Part shown: positions 8,037-17,411 of the stretch, piece after piece
Position numbering within the stretch: position 1 is the first letter of the stretch
Layout of the letters: each line of letters starts with the position of its first letter
Source: an uncultured Acetatifactor sp.
GTDB lineage: Bacteria; Bacillota; Clostridia; Lachnospirales; Lachnospiraceae
Direction of reading: 5' to 3'
Assembly: GCA_947627535.1 (NCBI GenBank)
Contig: CANQWM010000005.1
Span: forward strand, 58,948-122,947
Length of the DNA stretch: 64,000 nt
Made by a program: the position numbers and the translations under genes
Notes under the pieces: generated by a model
Database searches by the model: none
Seen by the model: the letters and a program-made list of their open reading frames with translations, nothing else
Told to the model about the DNA's origin: nothing

Positions 8037-11000
8037 TTACCGCTTTTCCACGGAAAGCGTGACTTTTTCCTCATTCACGTCCCACTCTCTGGAAACGGCA
8101 AATTCCTTTCCGGCAGTCAGTTCGTCCGCCAGAACCTTTCCCATGATGGCACTACGGTTTCTCTCCGCCAAAGCCGCCAGTCTTTCATTGCCGTTGACGG
8201 ATACACGGATATGGTCCGTGACCTCAAAGTCGGCCTCCTTACGCATGGTCTGGATCTTGCTGATCAGTTCGAGCACAAACCCTTCCTCGATCAGCTCCTC
8301 CGTCAGATTGGCGTCCAGCACCACCGTCATGCGCCCGTTTTCCTGGGACACATAACCGGGCTTCTGCGCCATATCGATCAGCAGGTCGTCCCGTGTCAGT
8401 TCCACCGTCACGTCGTCGACGTCAAAGGTCAGCTTTCCGTTTTCATTCAGTTCGTCCATGGCCGCATTGCCGTCCAGGGACGCCAGTTTTTTCTGAATGC
8501 CGCCCAGATGTTTTCCGTATTTCGGGCCCACGGTGCGAAGCTGCGGCTTAAAGGTATAGGAGGTGAACGCTCTCACATCGTCGGTGAACACCACCTCTTT
8601 CACATTCAACTCTTCTTTGATGATATCCGTATAATACCCGTTGAGCGCAAAATCCGCTTTCAGATACATTCTGCTTAAGGGCTGGCGGGTCTTGAGAGCC
8701 GCATCCTCACGGCAGGAATGGCCGATGGTAACAGCGTTCTGCACTTCTTCCATGACCGCCTCCAGCTCCTTGTCAATGTACTGTTCCTCCACCTTGGGGA
8801 AATCGCACAGATGAATACTTTCCGGGGCATCCTTGTCCACGCTGCGCACCAGGTTCTGGTAAATATCCTCCGTCATAAAGGGAATCATGGGCGCGGCCGC
8901 CTTGCTGATCGTCACAAGCGCCTGATAGAGGGTCATGTACGCATTGATCTTATCCTGCTCCATTCCCTTTGCCCAGAAACGCTCCCTGTTTCTTCTCACA
9001 TACCAATTGCTCATCTCCTCCACAAAATCCTGCAGAGCCTTGGCTGCCTCTGGGATACGGTACTGGTCCAGATTCTCGTCCACCTGCCCCACCACGGTGT
9101 TCAGGCGGGACAGAAGCCACCTGTCAAGAACGGTCAGGCTGGCGTGGTCCATCCGGTACTTTGTGGCGTCAAAACCGTCGATCTCCGCATACAGCACAAA
9201 GAAGGCGTAGGTGTTCCATAATTTGCCCAGGAACTTGCGCTGGCCCTCCTGTACGATCTTGCCGGAAAAACGTTTGGGCAGCCAGGGAGCGGAACTGGTG
9301 TAAAAATACCAGCGGATCGCGTCCGCGCCGTAGGTCTCCAGCGCTTCAAAGGGATCCACGGCGTTGCCCTTTGACTTGCTCATCTTCTGTCCGTTCTCAT
9401 CCTGCACATGGCCCAGGACGATGACGTTCTCGTAAGGCGCTTTGTTAAAGAGAAGCGTTGATTCGGCCATCAGGGAGTGGAACCACCCTCGGGTCTGATC
9501 CACGGCCTCGGAGATAAACTGGGCCGGGAACTGCTGCTCAAAAAGTTCCTTATTCTCAAAAGGATAATGGTGCTGCGCAAAGGGCATGGCGCCGGAGTCG
9601 AACCAGCAGTCGATGACCTCCGGCACCCTGTGCATGGTCTTTCCGCACTTGGGGCAGGGAAAGGTCACTTCGTCGATATAAGGCCTGTGCAGCTCCACCT
9701 TCGCGCTTTCCGGATCCCCGGAGAGCTCCGCAAGCTCCTGCCTGCTGCCCACACACTTCTGGCACCCGCACTCACACTCCCAGATATTTAACGGCGTGCC
9801 CCAGTAGCGGTTCCGGGAGATGGCCCAGTCCTGAATGTTCTCCAGCCAGTTTCCGAACCGTCCCGTTCCGATGGATTCCGGGATCCAGTTTACCGTATTA
9901 TTGTTTCGGATCAGCTCGTCGCGCACCGCGGTCTCCCTGATGTACCAGGATTCCCGCGCATAGTAGATCAGCGGCGTATCGCACCTCCAGCAGTGCGGGT
10001 AGCTGTGCTCGAACTTCGGCGCGTCGAAGAGCAGCCCTTTTGCATCCAGATCCTTCAAGACCATGGGATCCGCCTTCTTCACAAACACGCCGGCGTAGGG
10101 CGTCTCCGCCGTCATGTTGCCGTTTCCGTCCACCAGCTGTACAAAGGGCAGGTCGTACGCCCTTCCCACCTTTGCGTCGTCCTCACCGAAAGCCGGCGCA
10201 ATATGGACCACGCCTGTGCCGTCCGTCAGCGTGACATAAGAATCACAGACCACGTAAAAAGCCTTTTTGCCCTGTTTTGCACAGATATCTACCGCGCAGT
10301 CAAAGAGAGGCTCATACTCCTTATGCTCCAGATCCTTTCCCGTGTAAGTCTCAAGGACTTCGTAAGCCGCCTTTCCCTCTTTAGAATCTCCAAGCTTTCC
10401 GAGAACCGTATCCAGCAGGGCCTGCGCCATATAATAGGTGTAGCCGTCCGCGGCCTTTACCTTCGCATAGGTCTCCGCCGGATTGACGCACAGCGCCACG
10501 TTGGAGGGCAGCGTCCAGGGCGTCGTGGTCCAGGCCAGGATGTAGGCGTCCTCTCCCTTTACCTTAAAGCGTGCGATGGCGGAGCGCTCCTTGATGTCCT
10601 TGTAGCCCTGAGCCACCTCCGCGGTGGACAGAGGGGTCCCGCAGCGGGGACAATAGGGCACGATCTTAAAGCCTTTGTATAAAAGCCCCTTGTCCCAGAT
10701 AGTCTTTAACGCCCACCATTCGGATTCAATGTAATCGTCATGATAGGTTACATAAGGGTCGTCCATATCCGCCCAGAATCCCACAGTGCCGGAGAAATCC
10801 TCCCACATGCCCTTGTATTTCCAGACGCTCTCCTTACACTGATCGATAAAGGGCTCCAGGCCGTACTGTTCGATCTGCTCCTTCCCGTTTAGGCCAAGCA
10901 GCTTTTCCACCTCGATCTCCACGGGGAGTCCGTGGGTATCCCATCCGGCCTTTCTCGGCACCATATATCCCTTCATGGTGCGGTATCTGGGGATCATATC

Positions 11001-11195
11001 CTTGATGGTACGGGTCTCCACATGACCGATATGCGGCTTGCCGTTCGCGGTGGGCGGACCGTCATAAAAGGTATACACCGGACCGTCCTTGCGGTTCTCG
11101 ATACTCTTCTGAAAAATATTGTTGTCTCTCCAGAATTTTCCGATCTGTTTTTCTCTTTCCACAAAATTCAGATCTTTCGACACTTTGCTGTACAT
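8037..11195 (-). CDS. ileS: Isoleucine--tRNA ligase, type 2 (long C-terminus)
   Basis: DGPPTANGKPHIGH, GWDTHGLPVE, TTTPWTL, DWAISRNRYWGTP, KMSKS. Start moved to MYSKVSK (ATG at 11195). Confidence 0.97.
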   Translation of the reverse strand: MYSKVSKDLNFVEREKQIGKFWRDNNIFQKSIENRKDGPVYTFYDGPPTANGKPHIGHVETRTIKDMIPRYRTMKGYMVPRKAGWDTHGLPVEIEVEKLLGLNGKEQIEQYGLEPFIDQCKESVWKYKGMWEDFSGTVGFWADMDDPYVTYHDDYIESEWWALKTIWDKGLLYKGFKIVPYCPRCGTPLSTAEVAQGYKDIKERSAIARFKVKGEDAYILAWTTTPWTLPSNVALCVNPAETYAKVKAADGYTYYMAQALLDTVLGKLGDSKEGKAAYEVLETYTGKDLEHKEYEPLFDCAVDICAKQGKKAFYVVCDSYVTLTDGTGVVHIAPAFGEDDAKVGRAYDLPFVQLVDGNGNMTAETPYAGVFVKKADPMVLKDLDAKGLLFDAPKFEHSYPHCWRCDTPLIYYARESWYIRETAVRDELIRNNNTVNWIPESIGTGRFGNWLENIQDWAISRNRYWGTPLNIWECECGCQKCVGSRQELAELSGDPESAKVELHRPYIDEVTFPCPKCGKTMHRVPEVIDCWFDSGAMPFAQHHYPFENKELFEQQFPAQFISEAVDQTRGWFHSLMAESTLLFNKAPYENVIVLGHVQDENGQKMSKSKGNAVDPFEALETYGADAIRWYFYTSSAPWLPKRFSGKIVQEGQRKFLGKLWNTYAFFVLYAEIDGFDATKYRMDHASLTVLDRWLLSRLNTVVGQVDENLDQYRIPEAAKALQDFVEEMSNWYVRRNRERFWAKGMEQDKINAYMTLYQALVTISKAAAPMIPFMTEDIYQNLVRSVDKDAPESIHLCDFPKVEEQYIDKELEAVMEEVQNAVTIGHSCREDAALKTRQPLSRMYLKADFALNGYYTDIIKEELNVKEVVFTDDVRAFTSYTFKPQLRTVGPKYGKHLGGIQKKLASLDGNAAMDELNENGKLTFDVDDVTVELTRDDLLIDMAQKPGYVSQENGRMTVVLDANLTEELIEEGFVLELISKIQTMRKEADFEVTDHIRVSVNGNERLAALAERNRSAIMGKVLADELTAGKEFAVSREWDVNEEKVTLSVEKR

Positions 11196-11233
11196 ACGCT
11201 TTTTCCTTTCCTTACCCGTCTCGATTTTCACGC

Positions 11234-11513
11234 AAAAAACCGCGTCCGTAAAAGGACGCGGTCTCATTCTGCGTTACCACCTGTTACTGCATACGTTCCC
11301 ACGGCGACGCCGCCGGAATGATATGGTTTCCCATAACGGAGGAACACCGTTCAAGACTACCGGGCCGGATCCTCTCCGCCTTTTGCCCTGACTGCTCAGA
11401 AGTGATCTTCCCTGTCCCGTTACTCGGACCGGTCTTTCACCGACACCGGCTCGCTTTGCCTTTCCCGGCACAGATACTCTCTTCGTCAATGCATTTAAGG
11501 ATCGTTTAACATT
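11234..11513 (-). ncRNA. T-box riboswitch (Ile) in the ileS leader
   Basis: Minus strand: stem I AGCGA/GGTGAAAG elements, specifier ATC in GAAG-ATC-ACTTC (plus 11404-11406), T-box AGGTGGTAACGC (plus 11271-11282), terminator ACCGCGTCC-ttttac-GGACGCGGT-TTTTT; upstream TTGACT-18-TATAAT. Confidence 0.92.
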
Positions 11514-11559
11514 TGCACTATTATAGTACGATTCAAAATAAAAAGTCAATAGCCAAAAA

Positions 11560-13221
11560 TCAGCGGGATTCGTTCACAGTGCTGCCTCTTCCTAAAAATG
11601 CCACGCACACCGGGAATAAATAAAACAGGAAAAGATAATACCTGACATCAGAAACCGGCCCTGCAAAAAAGGTAACGCAAAGAACCAGTGCCAATAAGAG
11701 ACTTTGGCTGATGCTCCTGTCCTTCTTCCACAGACCGTAAAACCAGGTAATGACCGTTACCCACATCATCGCGCCAACAGAAAAGAATATGCGGATCAGC
11801 GGATACTTTTGATAAGAGCATTCATACTTGACGGATTGATAAAAATCGTACAGCTTCGGAATATAAGGAGTTGCATACTCCTGCTGCCAGTCCGTTATAT
11901 CAAAGTATCGATACCCGTTCCTGTCCTTAGGCACGGTTCCCGGATACCATGCCTGATAAGTGTTGTCCAATAATGAATCCAAATAAACTTTCGGATATTG
12001 CAAGCCTTTTTTGATCCACAGAGCAATATATGCCCCCTTATTTTCCTTCAATGCATCCAGATGCCTCCAAAAAGCATATTTGATGCTGTCCGCTATGACA
12101 GGGTCATACACCGATAACATCTCGGGTTCAATTGCCCCATACAGCAATTCCAGTTCTTCCCTGTTAAACGCCTCTTCTCCTTTTTCCACATAAAGCCGCG
12201 CAATTTGCTGAAATGGAACGCTTAACGCTTCTGTCACAGAACCCGGAGCGGCATTCAGACCTTTGGCAAGACATGTATTGATCAGGAAATATGCAAGGAT
12301 AATACCGGCAAAAAAAGACAACTGCCCTTTGAAACTGCGTTTATGACAAACAGCTGATATAACAGCCAGCACCGCAAAGGAATACACTATGTTATTTCGC
12401 AAAAGGCATGATAAAACAAAGGGAACCGCTGTCACGATCCAGGTCTTTTTTGAGACAGCAGCATTCTCCAGCCTGTTTCTGTAAATCTGATATAGTTTCA
12501 ATATCCCGACCAGCAAAAATGCATAGCACAATACATCCTTAGTCGTGCTCATCATAAACATGATAATCGGGGTACAGCTTGCATAAAAAATAAATGCCAG
12601 CAGGGCCCAAAACCATTTTCGAGTGTATTGGTAAATAAAACGGACGGAATAGGCAAAACTCATCGCGCAGATTCCCATTTGGAAAAGGCAGTATAAAAAA
12701 ATACCAAGTGTCAGATCCGTTCCCCGTATCTTATAGCCCAGCGTGATAATTCCGCCCTCAATCAGCGTGTGCAGCAAAGGATGATGTGCATTGTACGGCA
12801 CCTCCTTGTACAGAACCTGAACGATCTGAGCTCCTCCGTCATAATTATAAAAACCAGGATAACATCCGACAAGGTAAACGGTGTAGATCACCATCAACGC
12901 CGCAGAAACGGTCAGCCAAAAAATCCGGGGCCTTTTCAGGACACGCTCCGTGGAATCAGTACGCCGTTTTTCAAGGAAAGAAAAAAGAAACCAGAACAGC
13001 ACACTATAGAATACCCATTCTATCAATCCCACAAGAATGCACTGCCAGCCCTCCATCATTCCTATTTTTTGAAACCACGCGGAAGTATGCATGCTGGTCT
13101 TGTACTTCATGCTTCTCTGCCAACCGCTTATTTGCATAAAGGTAAGCGCCAAGGCTAATACAGTCACCAGAAATATTTTTCGTTTATTTTCTTTTATCTT
13201 ACATAGTATTGTTTTTACCAC
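11560..13221 (-). CDS. Polytopic membrane protein, DUF6020-like, putative GT-C glycosyltransferase
   Basis: YPGFYNYDG, HHPLLHTL, TKDV, LLRNN motifs with many TM segments. GTG start at 13221 chosen because the ORF-track start overlaps the promoter. Confidence 0.65.
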   Translation of the reverse strand: MVKTILCKIKENKRKIFLVTVLALALTFMQISGWQRSMKYKTSMHTSAWFQKIGMMEGWQCILVGLIEWVFYSVLFWFLFSFLEKRRTDSTERVLKRPRIFWLTVSAALMVIYTVYLVGCYPGFYNYDGGAQIVQVLYKEVPYNAHHPLLHTLIEGGIITLGYKIRGTDLTLGIFLYCLFQMGICAMSFAYSVRFIYQYTRKWFWALLAFIFYASCTPIIMFMMSTTKDVLCYAFLLVGILKLYQIYRNRLENAAVSKKTWIVTAVPFVLSCLLRNNIVYSFAVLAVISAVCHKRSFKGQLSFFAGIILAYFLINTCLAKGLNAAPGSVTEALSVPFQQIARLYVEKGEEAFNREELELLYGAIEPEMLSVYDPVIADSIKYAFWRHLDALKENKGAYIALWIKKGLQYPKVYLDSLLDNTYQAWYPGTVPKDRNGYRYFDITDWQQEYATPYIPKLYDFYQSVKYECSYQKYPLIRIFFSVGAMMWVTVITWFYGLWKKDRSISQSLLLALVLCVTFFAGPVSDVRYYLFLFYLFPVCVAFLGRGSTVNESR

Positions 13222-13265
13222 CGTACACCGTCCCCTGTTCGTCTCCCCGCGGAACCAATAATGCC

Positions 13266-13294
13266 ATTTTAGCAACTAAAATAAGGCATGTCAA
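13266..13294 (-). promoter_or_regulatory. SigA promoter of the DUF6020-like gene
   Basis: Minus strand TTGACA-17-TAAAAT with a TG extension. Confidence 0.7.
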
Positions 13295-13315
13295 GAATTG
13301 GCCGGCGTTTCAGGC

Positions 13316-13352
13316 AAAAAAGGAACAGCCCCTTATGTAGCTGCTCCTTTTT
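13316..13352 (-). terminator. Intrinsic terminator after spoVT
   Basis: Minus strand AAAAAGGAGCAGC-loop-GCTGTTCCTTTTT. Confidence 0.75.
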
Positions 13353-13385
13353 GCACTTATATCCTTTTTTGAAAACACGGCTCTT

Positions 13386-13931
13386 TTACTGTTCCATCTG
13401 CCTTCCAAGAAATCCGGCAGCCGACTGCAGAAGCTTCTGTTCCACTTCGCCCATACGAACCTTGTTATCGTTCTGCAGAAGCACCACGCTGCCGATAATG
13501 TCGCCCTCGCAGAGAATGGGGGCAATTGCCTCGTGCTGATACTCTTCTCCGCCCTCGTCACAGACATTGATAAAGCTCCTGTCCCCTCTCGACGCCATCA
13601 GCGTCTCACGGTTATGAACCTTTTCGTCCAGCTGTCTGCTGACGGATTTGTTGACCAGCTGCTTATAGCCGCCCGCGGCCGCGATAAACTGATCCCTGTC
13701 CGCGATCAGCGCCGCATGCCCCGATACCTGGGCCAGACTCTCCACATACTGCTTTGCAAACGTGCTCATTTCACCGATAGGCGAATATTTTTTCAGAATG
13801 ATCTGTCCTTCACTGTCCGTGAAGATCTCAAGCGGATCTGATTCACGGATGTGCAGGGTCCTGCGGATCTCTTTCGGGATCACGATCCTGCCCAGATCAT
13901 CAATTCGTCTCACAATTCCTGTGGCTTTCAT
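13386..13931 (-). CDS. spoVT: Stage V sporulation protein T (AbrB-type DNA-binding domain + GAF)
   Basis: MKATGIVRRIDDLGRIVIPKEIRRTL...LKKYSPIGE; C-terminal FLGRQME. Confidence 0.96.
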   Translation of the reverse strand: MKATGIVRRIDDLGRIVIPKEIRRTLHIRESDPLEIFTDSEGQIILKKYSPIGEMSTFAKQYVESLAQVSGHAALIADRDQFIAAAGGYKQLVNKSVSRQLDEKVHNRETLMASRGDRSFINVCDEGGEEYQHEAIAPILCEGDIIGSVVLLQNDNKVRMGEVEQKLLQSAAGFLGRQMEQ

Positions 13932-13968
13932 GCTTTTTCCTCCATTTCGTATACAATCAGTGCTTTTC

Positions 13969-13997
13969 TAGTATTTGTAAACGAAGGATTATTATGC
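13969..13997 (-). promoter_or_regulatory. Forespore SigG/SigF-type promoter of spoVT
   Basis: Minus strand GCATA-17-AATACTA matches the SigG consensus GHATA-N17/18-MATACTA; spoVT is a known forespore-regulon gene. Confidence 0.7.
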
Positions 13998-14010
13998 ATT
14001 TTTTAACCAT

Positions 14011-14112
14011 TTACCCTCTTATATACTCTACGTAATCCTCCTCGCTGGCAAAAAGCATATATCTGCCGTCTACAAGTCCCATGTACCCGCTGTCCGTATT
14101 GTATCCCTTCAT
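14011..14112 (-). CDS. Small 33-aa protein MKGYNTDSGYMGLVDGRYMLFASEEDYVEYIRG
   Basis: Below the ORF-track cutoff; ATG preceded by an AGGAGG RBS, ends at TAA, fills the intergenic gap. Confidence 0.7.
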   Translation of the reverse strand: MKGYNTDSGYMGLVDGRYMLFASEEDYVEYIRG

Positions 14113-14220
14113 AAAAGATTACCTCCTGTTCAGAAACCGTTTTTGCGCTTTTTCTGAATAGAAGGTAACATTTTTTGAGGGTTATAAAACTCTCTCATTT
14201 CCCACTTCTGAAATTAATTT

Positions 14221-15654
14221 TTAATACTCCACCCGTATACTGCATTTATGAAAATACTGCGCAGCTTTCACATTGGTCTCATGCTGCGCATCCGACGTAA
14301 AATCCCCTACATAGAGCATGTCGGGCTTGTTTTCATAAGGCCGGAATACCACCTGCTTTATCGAATCGTCTGACAGGACCTGCAGCCGGCTCTGATACTC
14401 ACGGTCATAGGCGGCGGCTTCGCCGTCTGACAGAAGCGTTACTGCTTTACAGACAGTAAACTGCCGAAAATCCTTCTGTCCCACACATAAAACAAACAAG
14501 AAAACCCCCGCCATACAGATTGCCCAGATCCGCTTAAAGATGGGGGCATATTGCTTTTTGATTTTTCGGTGCACAAACCCAAGCAAGTATCCGTAACAGA
14601 AGAATGCGCACAATACATATCCGTAATATATGATGGCAACCGCGCGGGCAGGCCCCGTGGAGTTCATGGTATAAAAAACCGGGCAGGACATAGAGCAAAA
14701 AATTCCGTAAACGATTGCAATGACAAGTGCAGGACAGCGGAATTTAAATGAGATACCGGCATATGCCTTCCACAAAAACGGCGTTGCCACTATCAAAACC
14801 GCCGCCAGCCAAATTCCTGTCCACGCCTTCGCATACAGAAGCCCCTGAAACAGCGACTTCAGAATTGCCTTCCAGGCCGGGATCTTCCACATTCCTTCCT
14901 GTCTCATTGCGTTTCCGGGCGCCAGCGCGCTTATGACAAAGCCCAGTATCATAACGGCAAAAACAATTCCAACGCCCGCCCTCCTTTCAGAGTGCCTGAC
15001 GAACAGATAAGCAGTCAATCCTCCCAGTATAAGCATCGCTGGCAGCAGAGAAACATAATTGCCTCCCGCTATAAAAAATGCCAGAAATATCAGTGTCGGC
15101 AGCTGCCAACGCCGCGGCTTTGAAAGATATCTCAGCAGAATTCCGGCAAACACCAAAGTCACGGAGAAAAAACCGGTATAATACATGCTGCCATTATACC
15201 AGAAAAAAGTTTCTCCCTGCGACGGCACTGTTTGCACACATACCAGTATGAGGAGCGAAGCCATAACAATCCAGACACTTTTTGAGCTTTTCAGAAAAAC
15301 ACATACAATTGGCTTAGTAAGGCAGAGCACGCCGCCTGTAAAAAACAGAAGAAGCACACATGTCAGCAGACGGTATGCCCATTCTCCAAATATATTGGGC
15401 GGCAAATACATGAAAAACATGGCAGAATAGGTTCCCTGCCAGTTGTTATACTGATAGACCACCCCTCTGGCAGCTTCGATGAGCGTTGCACCGACGCTTC
15501 CCGTCTTTTCCCACACAGCCCTGGTGTCAGCTCCGTAATAATAGTCATCGCCTGTCGGATGATTATATCTCCCCAGATACATTACCGGAAGCAGACTTAA
15601 CATTAAGATACAGAGCCCTATAACCGCTGAACATTTTTCTACCCTGTGGGACAT
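14221..15654 (-). CDS. Polytopic membrane protein, DUF6056-like, putative GT-C glycosyltransferase
   Basis: PTGDDYYY after the first TM, YNNWQGTYS, FFWYNGSMYYT, LAPGNAMR; RBS AAGGAGG. Confidence 0.65.
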   Translation of the reverse strand: MSHRVEKCSAVIGLCILMLSLLPVMYLGRYNHPTGDDYYYGADTRAVWEKTGSVGATLIEAARGVVYQYNNWQGTYSAMFFMYLPPNIFGEWAYRLLTCVLLLFFTGGVLCLTKPIVCVFLKSSKSVWIVMASLLILVCVQTVPSQGETFFWYNGSMYYTGFFSVTLVFAGILLRYLSKPRRWQLPTLIFLAFFIAGGNYVSLLPAMLILGGLTAYLFVRHSERRAGVGIVFAVMILGFVISALAPGNAMRQEGMWKIPAWKAILKSLFQGLLYAKAWTGIWLAAVLIVATPFLWKAYAGISFKFRCPALVIAIVYGIFCSMSCPVFYTMNSTGPARAVAIIYYGYVLCAFFCYGYLLGFVHRKIKKQYAPIFKRIWAICMAGVFLFVLCVGQKDFRQFTVCKAVTLLSDGEAAAYDREYQSRLQVLSDDSIKQVVFRPYENKPDMLYVGDFTSDAQHETNVKAAQYFHKCSIRVEY

Positions 15655-15699
15655 CCGACGCCCTCCTTACAATCTTTCAGCCATCCAAAGCATTTTTTA

Positions 15700-15728
15700 T
15701 TGACGGCTTCCGCTGCTCCTGATATACT
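15700..15728 (+). promoter_or_regulatory. SigA promoter of the GT39-like gene
   Basis: TTGACG-17-TATACT with a TG extension. Confidence 0.65.
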
Positions 15729-15783
15729 GATACATTATCATAGTTTTTCTGTAAATGCCACTATTTTAGTGAGGGAGATTGCA

Positions 15784-17385
15784 ATGATCAGACGATTATT
15801 CCATCCGATTCGCCTTCCCGAATGGCTGCTGCCATTTTTGCTGTTGGTTCTTGGCGCCGCGCTTCGCCTTGCTTATTTAGGCGGCGTTCCCGCGGGACTG
15901 CATCAGGACGAGAGCTTCACAGCCCTGAACGCTCTCGATCTTTTCCATGAGCACCGTGACTCCGCAGGTCTGTTTCTGCCTGTCTACATGTCAGACTGGG
16001 GCGACGGCCAAAGTGCCATGTACACATGGCTGCTTACTATCCTGCTGTTCTTTACAGACGGCCGTATGTCTTCTTTTCTCTGCCGCATTCCCCAGGCGGC
16101 AGTGGGCATCTTTACCCTTTGGGCCGTTTACCGCTTAATGACGCATATGTTCAACCGCACCATGGGAATAATCAGCCTGTTCCTGTTAGCAGTATGTCCC
16201 TGGCACATCATGATGTGCCGCTGGGGATTGGATGCGAATCTGGCCCCCGGCTTTCTGATTTTTTCTCTCTATTTTTTTGTGCGTGCGCTGGAGAACAAAA
16301 AATATCTGCCTCTGGCTGCTCTTTTCTATGGCCTGAGTCTCTACTGCTATGCGGTTATCTGGCTTATCGTTCCAATCCTTCTCGTATTACAGATCCTGTA
16401 TGGCATTTATTACAAAAAACTGCGTATCAACCGGCTGAGTATACTTTCGTCCCTGCTTCTTTTGCTGGTAGCTCTGCCCCTTATCCTGTTTGTCCTGGTC
16501 AATAATGGTATTTTACCGGAAATCCGTCTTCCCTTTATGACGATTCCTAAGATGACCGGATACCGCGGTTCGGAAATTGCCTCCAGCATTTCCCAGCTAA
16601 CATATAATTTCAAAACGGCTCTCACACTGTTAGTCAGACAAAATACAGGAAGTCCTTATGACTTTCTACTCCCTTGGGGACTTTTTTATGATATTGGCCG
16701 CATTTTTATCATAATCGGTTTTATTGTTCTCCTCAAAAATGTTTGTTACAGTTTTTTCGTTCAAAAAAAATTCTGTTATGAGTATTTCCTTTTTGTTTCT
16801 CTTGTGGGCGGCGGCATCACCTGTCTGTTTGTGACCGCGCATCTTCACCAGATAAACAATCTCTTCATCCCTCTTGTACTGTGTGAAGCATACGGCGTAT
16901 ATGCCGTGCTGCGTTTCATCCGCGGAAAAAGCCGGGCCGCCGCCGTTTTAACAGCCGGTATCTTATCTGGAATTTATCTGATCTGCCTGGCATTATTCCA
17001 GAAGGACTACTATACAGGTTACAAAAAAACGGTAAACGCTTACTTTGCGGCAGGCGTGGAAGAATGCGTGGATTACGCATTAGAGCAGTGCGCCGCACGC
17101 AAGATACCCTGCATTGCGGCGGAAAAAGGTGCCCAGTGGCCCCGTATCCTGCTGTTTACGGAAACTCTGCCGTCCGAATATCTGCCCACCGTAACATACG
17201 ATGTCCCTCCCGCTCCGGCGAGCTTCCTTAAAAACGGTATCCTGATCCGCACCAGAATTGACTACGGCGCGATCAACACCGATACCATATATATCATCTA
17301 TGATGACAAAAAAGATGTTTTTAAAGAAGATTTTACACTTACAAAATTTTATGACTGGTATGTCGCTGTTCCAAAGAACAGTTGA
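15784..17385 (+). CDS. Glycosyltransferase family 39 (ArnT/PMT-like) membrane protein
   Basis: GLHQDES after the first TM, CRIPQA, PWHIMMCRWGLDANL, YCYA. Start moved to MIRRLF (ATG 15784, RBS GAGGGAG). Confidence 0.8.
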   Translation: MIRRLFHPIRLPEWLLPFLLLVLGAALRLAYLGGVPAGLHQDESFTALNALDLFHEHRDSAGLFLPVYMSDWGDGQSAMYTWLLTILLFFTDGRMSSFLCRIPQAAVGIFTLWAVYRLMTHMFNRTMGIISLFLLAVCPWHIMMCRWGLDANLAPGFLIFSLYFFVRALENKKYLPLAALFYGLSLYCYAVIWLIVPILLVLQILYGIYYKKLRINRLSILSSLLLLLVALPLILFVLVNNGILPEIRLPFMTIPKMTGYRGSEIASSISQLTYNFKTALTLLVRQNTGSPYDFLLPWGLFYDIGRIFIIIGFIVLLKNVCYSFFVQKKFCYEYFLFVSLVGGGITCLFVTAHLHQINNLFIPLVLCEAYGVYAVLRFIRGKSRAAAVLTAGILSGIYLICLALFQKDYYTGYKKTVNAYFAAGVEECVDYALEQCAARKIPCIAAEKGAQWPRILLFTETLPSEYLPTVTYDVPPAPASFLKNGILIRTRIDYGAINTDTIYIIYDDKKDVFKEDFTLTKFYDWYVAVPKNS

Positions 17386-17411
17386 TGCAGGTTTTCCCAG
17401 TCACACGCGCT

